From Myxococcota bacterium (GTDB lineage: Bacteria; Myxococcota_A; UBA9042): a stretch of DNA of 48,104 bases. The stretch lies in assembly GCA_044347905.1 (NCBI GenBank), contig JBIKTV010000002.1, forward strand, positions 1-48,104, read 5' to 3'. Both the position numbers and the translations under genes were made by a program. The notes under the pieces are model-generated. The model saw only the letters and a list, made by a program, of their open reading frames with translations. It did no database searches and had not been told where the DNA came from. This document shows positions 40,604-48,104 of this stretch, piece by piece; position 1 is the first letter of the stretch, and each line of letters begins with the position of its first letter.

Positions 40604-42237
40604 GATGGGCGGCCTCCCAGGGCCAGCGGCAGCAGCAACAGGCCCGCGGCCACCAGCGCCACCAGCACCGGCGGAATCCACCCGGCCACACCGCGGCGGC
40701 TGCCATAACGACTGTCAATCACGCGGGTATTTGCCCACTGGTCGCCGATACGCCGCATCTCCGGCAGGTACAAGCAGGTCACCGCCTCCGCCACCAAACC
40801 GGCCAGCGGCACCACCAGCAGCAAGTTGCGCAACAGCCGCGCGCTGAGGCCCGTCATCTCCGCGGTCGGCAGGTCCTCCTGATCGTCGCGGTTGGCCCGG
40901 CCCGGAACCTCGCCGGGAAGCTCATCCTCCCACTTGGCAATCTGTAGACCAACCAGGGTTTTGCCGGGCGATTGGCCAGCTAATACATCGCGAACAATCA
41001 GCCAAAGCGGCAGCATTGCGTAAGAAACATCGAACAACAGCTGATTGGCGGTGTCGATGGCCACCCAAGCGAGCAAGGCGTTGGCCAGCGCGCCGATGAA
41101 CACGTCGACGGCAAAAGCCCTGGCGCGAAGCGGTGCTGGGGCCATGACCATGAGGCGAAGGCGGCGCTGCCGGGCCAGTCGCTCGGTCTCTGCGCGGCGC
41201 TGGGCCTCGGTCTCTTCCGCGGTCAGCATGGTCTTCTCTACCACCCGCTGCACCCACGCGGCCTCTCGCTGCAGTTCCTCTGGCGCAGCAGGCACTTGGG
41301 CGAACTTGACCAGGTCCGATAGCTCGGCAAAGGCCCGCAGTTCGTCCCTCATCACCCCGCGGACCTCGATGGTTTGCAGGTGGGCCAGCAGCTCTGTGGT
41401 GGTCATGTCGATGGCGGCAAAGCGATAGCGACCACCCAGGTATTGCCGCAGAATCTCTGACAATTCCGCAAACACTTCGCGGGCGCTCGCGGTCTGCAGC
41501 CGCCCGGAATTGTTCAGCTCGCGCAGGCGATCCAGCGCTGCCACGTGGGCCGGCACCGTGGGCTTGGGGGCCCGCCGCGCGGCGCGATCGCGATAGACCT
41601 TGAGGCCCGCCGCAGTGATCACCGCGGACAGCGCCATCATCGCCGCGATCAACAGGGCGATCTCTAAGGGGGTATTCTCCTCCACCAGGGGGCGCGGCGC
41701 CGGCAGAGGCGAGGCTTTCACCGCCGTATCATTGGCAAACTGCGACTTGACCGAGAAGCGCAGCGGCGCCACCTGCACCGTGCCCGACTCGCCCGCGCCA
41801 CCTTGGTCGGTCACGCGATGCCACGGGATCTCAATGACCGGGGTCTTGCCGGCACCTTGGCGCACGGCGAGGGCAGGAAGCACAAGGGTTTCAACGATCT
41901 GTCCGGCCAATTCCTGGCGCTCGCTGCGCCCCGGATCGCGGGTATCGACGAGCAGCGGCCGCAGATCCGGCTTGCTGGGGAAGAACACCCGATAGCCCGC
42001 CGGGTAGCGCAAGGTCACGCGCAGTTCGACCTTCTCTCCAAAAAGCGGTGTCGTGTTTGAGAGTTTGGCCTCTACTTGGATGGGCGCTGCCGCAGCCGCC
42101 GCCGTGGGAGACGCCGCCGCAGCCAGGGACGGCGCCGCAGCTGCAGCGGGCTGAGCTTGGGCAAATGCCGATGCCGCCAGCAAATTTGCCAGGGCCCACG
42201 CGGCAACCATAAACCATGGGGAGCGCTGCGCCATCAT
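40600..42237 (-). CDS. Fusion protein: secreted BatD-like N-terminal domain + DUF4381-like TM/helical module + RDD-family membrane domain
   Basis: Track ORF 40600..42300. I prefer the ATG at 42237, which forms an ATGA overlap with the DUF58 stop and gives a signal peptide (MMAQRSPWFMVAAWALANLLAASAFAQA). The BatD-like segment is QVEAKLSNTTPLFGEKVELRVTLRYPAGY...VQVAPLRFSV. A TM helix (LEIALLIAAMMALSAVITAAGL) and a DUF4381-like helix (AALDRLRELNN...VFAELSEILRQYLGGRYRFAAIDMTTTELLAHL) follow. The RDD hallmarks are present: RARAFAVDVFIGAL, GQSPGKTLVGLQI and RRIGDQWANTRVI. Confidence 0.75.
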   Translation of the reverse strand: MMAQRSPWFMVAAWALANLLAASAFAQAQPAAAAAPSLAAAASPTAAAAAAPIQVEAKLSNTTPLFGEKVELRVTLRYPAGYRVFFPSKPDLRPLLVDTRDPGRSERQELAGQIVETLVLPALAVRQGAGKTPVIEIPWHRVTDQGGAGESGTVQVAPLRFSVKSQFANDTAVKASPLPAPRPLVEENTPLEIALLIAAMMALSAVITAAGLKVYRDRAARRAPKPTVPAHVAALDRLRELNNSGRLQTASAREVFAELSEILRQYLGGRYRFAAIDMTTTELLAHLQTIEVRGVMRDELRAFAELSDLVKFAQVPAAPEELQREAAWVQRVVEKTMLTAEETEAQRRAETERLARQRRLRLMVMAPAPLRARAFAVDVFIGALANALLAWVAIDTANQLLFDVSYAMLPLWLIVRDVLAGQSPGKTLVGLQIAKWEDELPGEVPGRANRDDQEDLPTAEMTGLSARLLRNLLLVVPLAGLVAEAVTCLYLPEMRRIGDQWANTRVIDSRYGSRRGVAGWIPPVLVALVAAGLLLLPLALGGRPS

Positions 42238-43157
42238 TGCCTCGCCGCCCGCCGAAGGAAGTAATTCACCAGCCCGGCCAAGTAGTCTTCGCCGACCCAC
42301 GCCTCAATCGGCTCCACGCCGTGTTTGCGCTGGGCCTGCTCCAGCTTGCGCCGGCCCACCTGCTGGCGCTGCCAAAACGTCTGGCGCGAGGCGGCATGGC
42401 CGGCGTCAAACAGCAGCAATTCTCCGGTCTCTGGATCCTCCCACTGGATGACGCCGCCCAGGTCCGGAAGCGTCATCTCCGCGCGATCGCCAATCACCAG
42501 CGGCACGAGGTCATGGCGGCGGGCCAGCACCCCCAGGGCGCGCTCAAAATCGCCGTCCAAGAAGTCGGAAAGCACAAAGACCACTGAGCGTTTCCGAACG
42601 ATCTTAGACAGGTAGTCGCACGCAGCGTCCAGCCTCGTCTGCTTGCCCTTGGGCTGGGTGCCCAGAATGTCGCGGACCAGCCGCAGGATGTGCGCGCGGC
42701 CTTTCTTGGGCGGCACGTAGTGCTCAATGTGGTCGCTGAACAGCACAAGGCCGACGCGGTCATTGTTGCGCAAGGCAGAAAACGCAAGCACGGCGGCAAT
42801 TTCCGCGGCCAGGTCGCGCTTGGAGCGGCGCTTGCTGCCAAAGCCCATCGACCCGGAGAGATCGACTGCCAGCAGCACCGTTAGCTCGCGCTCTTCGACG
42901 TATTGCTTGACAAAAACCCCGCCTGTTCGCGCGGATACGTTCCAGTCAATCGTGCGCACGTCATCGCCCGGCTGGTACTCGCGCACGGAGTCGAAGGACA
43001 TCCCGCGGCCCTTAAAAACCGCATGGTATTGGCCGGCCAGCGTGTCATTGACCAGCCGGCGGGTGATGAGCTCGACTTGGCGGACCCGCGCGGCGACGTC
43101 GAGCAGATCGTCGTCCTGCTGGTCTTCAGGGATGTCGTGGGTGGCATGCTTTGTCAT
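42234..43157 (-). CDS. DUF58 domain protein (vWA-like, MoxR-associated)
   Basis: YQPGDDVRTIDWNVSARTGGVFVKQYVEERELTVLLAVDLSGSM is the canonical DUF58 core. The gene sits in the usual position immediately downstream of moxR. Confidence 0.92.
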   Translation of the reverse strand: MTKHATHDIPEDQQDDDLLDVAARVRQVELITRRLVNDTLAGQYHAVFKGRGMSFDSVREYQPGDDVRTIDWNVSARTGGVFVKQYVEERELTVLLAVDLSGSMGFGSKRRSKRDLAAEIAAVLAFSALRNNDRVGLVLFSDHIEHYVPPKKGRAHILRLVRDILGTQPKGKQTRLDAACDYLSKIVRKRSVVFVLSDFLDGDFERALGVLARRHDLVPLVIGDRAEMTLPDLGGVIQWEDPETGELLLFDAGHAASRQTFWQRQQVGRRKLEQAQRKHGVEPIEAWVGEDYLAGLVNYFLRRAARQ

Positions 43158-43232
43158 GGAGCTGAGTTACACCGCGATAAGTCATCCAAAGGGCTGCGTT
43201 TCCTAGTCCAACCTACTGTGATCCATGGGCGA

Positions 43233-44219
<987 letters not shown>

Positions 44220-44433
44220 GTAGGCTCCAGAATCGGGCAGAGAAGGGCGAACAAACCGTTGGCGACGGGGACTGGCAACCGCCCAGGCCGGCAGCCTATT
44301 CCGCATTAGTGGCAGATGCGGCAAGGCCGGCTGACCCGAGCGACGCCGCAAGATAAGACGGGGTTGCGGGTTGTCGAGGGGGACCGGGCCAGTCTCGCGC
44401 GACAAACGGCCGCTGCTGGGCTAGCATGGCGCC

Positions 44434-45342
44434 ATGAGCACGATTTCCCTCGCCCTTTTTTTGACCTCCCTGGCTGGCGCTGCCGTCGCCCAAGGTCCCG
44501 CACCACCTGTGAATTTGCCACCTGTGGTCGCCGCGCCGGCGGGCGTCCCTGCGGCGGCCTGCGGCACTGCAGTTGCGGGCACGGCTTGCATCCCCGCGGG
44601 GCCGTTTTACCGCGGCGCCAACAGCGGACCCAAGAACGCCCAGCCGCTGGCAAGTGTCTGGATGCAAACGTATTTCATGGACATCTATGAAGTGACGTAC
44701 GGCGACTATCAGGCCTGCGTCAAAGAGAAAAAGTGCAAGCGATCAAAGCCCTTGTACAACGATTACGACCGGCCCAAGCAGCCCATGGTCGGCATGAGCT
44801 GGTACGATGCGGCGCAGTTCTGCAAGGCCCGCGGCAAGCACCTGCCCACGGAGGCGGAGTGGGAGAAGGCGGCGCGCGGTCCGGACGGCAACACCCACCC
44901 GTGGGGCAACGAGCCGGCTGACTGTAAGCGCGCGGTGATCATGGACAAAACTGGTCGCGGCTGCGGCACGCCCAAGAAGCCACCGCAGGAATTCAAGGGC
45001 CGCACGCTGGAGGTCGGCAGCCGGCCGGCGGGGGTCTATGGCCTGTACGACATGAGCGGCAACGCCTGGGAGTGGGTGGCGGACTGGTACACGCCCAGCT
45101 TTGCCAGCTGCGGCAAGGACTGCCAAGGCCCAGATCCCAAAGGACCTTGTGGCGGAAAGGAGCCGTGTGCCGGCCGCGATCAGAAGCTGGTCAAGGGCGG
45201 ATCGTGGTATTGGCCGCCCAAGATGGCCGCGGCAACCTGGCGCCGGCCGCACTTTCCGGCGAATAAGCCCTACCACCACTTTGGTTTTCGCTGCGCGGTG
45301 TCGCTGGCGGAGGCCGAGGCTCTGACCCGAGCGGGCCATTAG
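44434..45342 (+). CDS. Secreted formylglycine-generating-enzyme-like (SUMF1/FGE-sulfatase domain) protein
   Basis: A signal peptide is present (MSTISLALFLTSLAGAAVAQG). The FGE-sulfatase domain pattern is visible: FYMDIYEVTYGDYQAC, PMVGMSWYDAAQFCKARGKHLPTEAEWEKAARG, GLYDMSGNAWEWVADWY, VKGGSWY and FGFRCA. Confidence 0.88.
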   Translation: MSTISLALFLTSLAGAAVAQGPAPPVNLPPVVAAPAGVPAAACGTAVAGTACIPAGPFYRGANSGPKNAQPLASVWMQTYFMDIYEVTYGDYQACVKEKKCKRSKPLYNDYDRPKQPMVGMSWYDAAQFCKARGKHLPTEAEWEKAARGPDGNTHPWGNEPADCKRAVIMDKTGRGCGTPKKPPQEFKGRTLEVGSRPAGVYGLYDMSGNAWEWVADWYTPSFASCGKDCQGPDPKGPCGGKEPCAGRDQKLVKGGSWYWPPKMAAATWRRPHFPANKPYHHFGFRCAVSLAEAEALTRAGH

Positions 45343-47685
45343 ATGAACCAGCGCGACAAGAACTGGCCGATCTACAGCGTGGCCTTGGCGGCCTCTCTGA
45401 GTGCGCTGTCGCCGGGGCAAGTGTACGCCAAACCGTTGGAATCGCAGCAAGATGGCGTGGCGAGCTTTGACACCCGCGATGAGCAGGTGCTGGTGGGCAA
45501 GGGCGCGCCAGGCGTGCCGGCCTCGGCAGATCAGCAAGGAAAATGGCAGGTTCAGCGCGATCTGCTGCTGCGCGATGGCAATGGCGAGGCGAGCTGGTGG
45601 CTGGCGGCACAGACGGAGAAGCTGCAGGACGGCTTTGTGCGCGGGCGAATTCGCGCCCATCACGCCCAGACGACCTCCCTGATCGTCCGCGCCAACGTGC
45701 AGCGCAAGGCCAACGGCAAGGGCGAACTGGCGATTTTGACGGGCTACGGTGTCACCTGGCACGACGGCCGGCTCGCGTGGCGGCGCTTTGACGGGGGCGC
45801 GCAAAAGGTCCTGTCGCAGGGGGTGGCCCTGGGGCACAAGGGCGTACATGAGCTTGAGATTCAAGTCTTTCTCCTTGGTCCGCACCTGCTGGCCCAGGTG
45901 TTTGACGCGGAAACGATGCAGCCCCTGGCGACGCTGACGGCCTCGGACGCGACCTATGCCGAAGGAACGGTCGGCCTGCGGGTGGCCGGCAAGCACGATG
46001 CGGCGCTGAGTTGGCTGTCGTTTCGCCGCGCTGGGAGCAAGCTGACTCCGCGGGCCGGGGCGCTGGGGCCGCTGCGCTACCTGCAGGTGCCCGAGCGTTC
46101 CCTTGCGGATTTGCAGGCGATTTCTGGCTGGAAGCTGGTAGATCGCAGCGGCGGGCTGGCTACGCTGCAGGCGACGGCGCTGGCCAAAGAGGCGATCAGC
46201 CATCGCTTTGAGGTCGGCGAGGTGTTTCTGGACGAGCCGCGCAAGTTCGCCGACGCCGACTTTCGCGCCGCGAGCGCCGAGCCGGTGGTGGAGCAGGGCG
46301 GGGTCATTCGCCGCGATCGCAGCTACAAGGACGACGCGATGGTGGCGGCCATGCTGGGGGCCTACGCAAAGAAATACAGCGCGATTGCGACTTTGCACGA
46401 GGTTGGTCGCACGCGACAGGGGCGGCCGCTGCAGGCGCTGCGCATTCACGCCGGGTCCAAAAGCGCAGCCGATGTGCCGCAGGTGCTGATCAACGGCGCG
46501 CACCACGGGGTCGAGCTGTCGGCGGTGGAATTCGCCTTGGACAGCTGTGCGGGGCTGCTGGAGGGCTATGGGCGCGAACCGGCCGTCACGCGCTGGGTAG
46601 AAGACCTGACGGTGTGGTGTATGCCGCTGGTCAATCCCGATGGCAACCACGCGTATTGGCACGTTTCTCGCCACGGTGGCCGCAAGAATGGCCGCGATAC
46701 CGATGAGAATGGCCGCGTCGATCCGACCGATGGCGTCGACCTGAACCGCAATTATCCCTTTCGCTGGCATACGTTGGGTGAGGTGGCCAGCCACTCTGAC
46801 CCGCGGCGCTCTTGGTATCGCGGGCCCAGGGCCGCCTCTGAGCCGGAGACGCAGGCGCTGATGCGCTTGGCCGACGCCGAACGCTTTGTCGCGTCGATCA
46901 GCTACCACACCCAGGCCAATGCCATTTTGGTGCCCTACACCATCCCGGAGGCGCGCGATCCGGAGCCCAATGAGGCCTGGGATGTGGCCAAGGCCATGAG
47001 CGCGCGAGCGGGCCCCCAGGTCAACCGCAGGCCTCTTGACGTCAAGCGCCGGCTCTATCCGGTGGATGGCGTCGACCAGGACTGGCACCGCGCGGCCCAC
47101 GGCACCACGGCGCTGCTGGTCGAAGGGACCCTGACGAACCCCGGACGCGCCAAGGGGATTGCCATGGTGGCGGCGACCCGCGGCACTTGGCAGGGCCTGC
47201 TGGAGCGGGTGCTGGCCGGGCCAGGGATTCGCGGCCGGGTGATCGACAGCCAGGGCCGGCCGGTGGTCGCCCAAGTGCAGATCAAGGAGATCGCCTTGAA
47301 CGACGGCGAGCGCTGGACAAGTCGCTGCCGCGACGGGCGTTTTGAGCGGATGGTTGGCAAGCCCGGCAGCTATACCGTCCAGGCGGTCGGAGCGGGCGGC
47401 CAAGTGCTCGCCAGCCAAACGGTGCAGCTGGCTCAGGCGCAAGATCCCGGCAGCATTGCCGAAGTTGAGCTGCGCGTGGCGAGTCCCGCGGTGTCGACCG
47501 CCTCGTGTAGCCGCCCCGACCTCTGCGCCATTGACAGCCTGTGTCGCGCCGCCCAGGGCCAGTGTGTGCAGGCAGGCCCAGCGAGCTTCTGCCACATCGA
47601 CGGCCGGTGCGTGCCCCGCGGCCAGAGCGGCCAGAGCGGCGTGTGCGACCCCGACCGCGAGCCGTGGGGCTGGTCGCCGACGTAA
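45343..47685 (+). CDS. Secreted multidomain M14 zinc carboxypeptidase (LamG/DUF1080-like N-domain, M14 catalytic domain, carboxypeptidase-regulatory-like domain, Cys-rich tail)
   Basis: The ATG directly abuts the upstream TAG (45340-45342). A signal peptide is present (IYSVALAASLSALSPGQVYA|KP). The M14 motifs are visible: INGAHHGVELS (HxxE), PLVNPDG, DLNRNYPF, ISYHTQAN and ALLVEGT. The segment IRGRVIDSQGRPVVAQVQI resembles a CarboxypepD_reg domain. The C-terminal 60 aa contain 7 Cys. Confidence 0.85.
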   Translation: MNQRDKNWPIYSVALAASLSALSPGQVYAKPLESQQDGVASFDTRDEQVLVGKGAPGVPASADQQGKWQVQRDLLLRDGNGEASWWLAAQTEKLQDGFVRGRIRAHHAQTTSLIVRANVQRKANGKGELAILTGYGVTWHDGRLAWRRFDGGAQKVLSQGVALGHKGVHELEIQVFLLGPHLLAQVFDAETMQPLATLTASDATYAEGTVGLRVAGKHDAALSWLSFRRAGSKLTPRAGALGPLRYLQVPERSLADLQAISGWKLVDRSGGLATLQATALAKEAISHRFEVGEVFLDEPRKFADADFRAASAEPVVEQGGVIRRDRSYKDDAMVAAMLGAYAKKYSAIATLHEVGRTRQGRPLQALRIHAGSKSAADVPQVLINGAHHGVELSAVEFALDSCAGLLEGYGREPAVTRWVEDLTVWCMPLVNPDGNHAYWHVSRHGGRKNGRDTDENGRVDPTDGVDLNRNYPFRWHTLGEVASHSDPRRSWYRGPRAASEPETQALMRLADAERFVASISYHTQANAILVPYTIPEARDPEPNEAWDVAKAMSARAGPQVNRRPLDVKRRLYPVDGVDQDWHRAAHGTTALLVEGTLTNPGRAKGIAMVAATRGTWQGLLERVLAGPGIRGRVIDSQGRPVVAQVQIKEIALNDGERWTSRCRDGRFERMVGKPGSYTVQAVGAGGQVLASQTVQLAQAQDPGSIAEVELRVASPAVSTASCSRPDLCAIDSLCRAAQGQCVQAGPASFCHIDGRCVPRGQSGQSGVCDPDREPWGWSPT

Positions 47686-47774
47686 TGCCCAATGCCGCCG
47701 CGCAAAAAGCACCGCGCACCCTCTGACCCAGGCTAACGGATCGGAGGATGCGCGGATTTTCGCTGACGATGTAA

Positions 47775-48104
47775 CTACTTACAGGCGGCGAGCCCGGTCT
47801 CAAGACCCTTGGCCCACGAGCTCTCCGGCGAGCCGGCCGGGAACTTCTTGAGCTCCTCCACGATCTTGGCGCCGCTCTCTTTGTCGCACTGGTTGGTCAG
47901 GACGGTGTGGGCAATGCCCTTGTCATTGTTGGGCAAGGTGGCGTACGCCTTGACGATCGCCGGGCCGATCTTGGCGTTCTTGGCCTTCAAGCCCATCCAG
48001 TTGCCCAGCAAGTATCCATGGGCATCCGGGCTGGCTTGGGCGGCAAACACCGCGATCTGCCGGTCGATGGTCGACCAGCGGTCGTAGTCGGTCTTCTTCT
48101 CCAC
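47775..48104 (-). CDS. Hypothetical protein, C-terminal fragment (5' end outside the window)
   Basis: The frame is open from the window edge to the TAG at 47777-47775 (...DYDRWSTIDRQIAVFAAQASPDAHGYLLGNWMGLKAKNAKIGPAIVKAYATLPNNDKGIAHTVLTNQCDKESGAKIVEELKKF...). Amino-acid composition is balanced and coding-like. I recognise no domain. The leading M in the track is the edge GTG. Confidence 0.5.
   Translation of the reverse strand: MEKKTDYDRWSTIDRQIAVFAAQASPDAHGYLLGNWMGLKAKNAKIGPAIVKAYATLPNNDKGIAHTVLTNQCDKESGAKIVEELKKFPAGSPESSWAKGLETGLAACK

Noticed and set aside
44310-44325. Sigma-54-like element TGGCAG-N5-GCAAG in the moxR/FGE divergent region
   Set aside because: The GG and GC dinucleotides are not at the consensus spacing of TGGCAC-N5-TTGC. 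The GC falls two positions early and there is no TTGC. It is probably a chance match in GC-rich DNA.
44743-47712. 989-aa minus-strand ORF spanning the FGE and M14 genes
   Set aside because: It is a shadow frame with Arg/Ala/Gly/Pro-rich composition and no motifs. The plus-strand frames carry clear FGE-sulfatase and M14 signatures.

Overview
A 48.1-kb, visibly GC-rich (about two-thirds G+C by eye), gene-dense chromosomal segment. I call about 33 protein-coding genes. Reading both strands by eye, I found no rRNA, tRNA, CRISPR array, IS element, integrase or prophage signal. The gene content points to a Myxococcota-like deltaproteobacterium (inference): Dictyostelium-type CTDC cysteine repeats, a CNGxDDDCD motif, many lipobox lipoproteins, PilZ-like domains and a very large Bat/MoxR operon.

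Layout:
- 1-1774 (-): an edge-truncated polytopic membrane protein that is missing from the supplied ORF track.
- 2052-3302 (+): a CHASE3-HAMP-PAS sensor with no output domain, followed by a 35-aa lysine-rich ORF with a strong Shine-Dalgarno.
- 3629-9373 (-): a Cys-repeat lipoprotein, glgB and a GH13 debranching enzyme.
- 9580-12354 (+): metG and a patatin-like lipase.
- 12361-13728 (-): a Crp/Fnr regulator and an SRPBCC protein.
- 14311-20572 (+): an outer-membrane beta-barrel with a Pro/Ala repeat, followed by a 1623-aa HExxHxxGxxH metzincin lipoprotein.
- 20897-22981 (+): a hypothetical protein, mog and another hypothetical protein.
- 22988-44219 (-): an uninterrupted 21-kb minus-strand array made of two blocks. 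Block (a), 22988-32435, is an uncharacterised envelope cluster. Block (b), 32747-44219, is a heavily fused MoxR-DUF58-BatA/B/C/D/E operon.
- 44434-47685 (+): an FGE-like gene and an M14 carboxypeptidase pair, transcribed divergently from moxR.
- 47775-48104 (-): a partial hypothetical gene.

Best candidates for an undescribed system:
1. The envelope cluster. It encodes a lipoprotein that looks like the periplasmic porter half of an RND pump without its transmembrane helices, a helical lipoprotein, a FadL-like outer-membrane channel, a Cys-rich lipoprotein, a degenerate double-PilZ protein, a secreted protein and an OmpR/PhoR-type two-component pair. Stop/start overlaps couple the genes.
2. The Bat operon. 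Its BatB-BatC fusion carries four PPC (pre-peptidase C-terminal) modules, a (PGQ)n insertion and a 94-aa K/D/E/Q tail. Its DUF4381 gene is fused to a BatD-like domain and an RDD domain.
3. The beta-barrel plus giant metzincin lipoprotein pair.

All domain calls come from motif recognition by eye. None has been verified by a database search.
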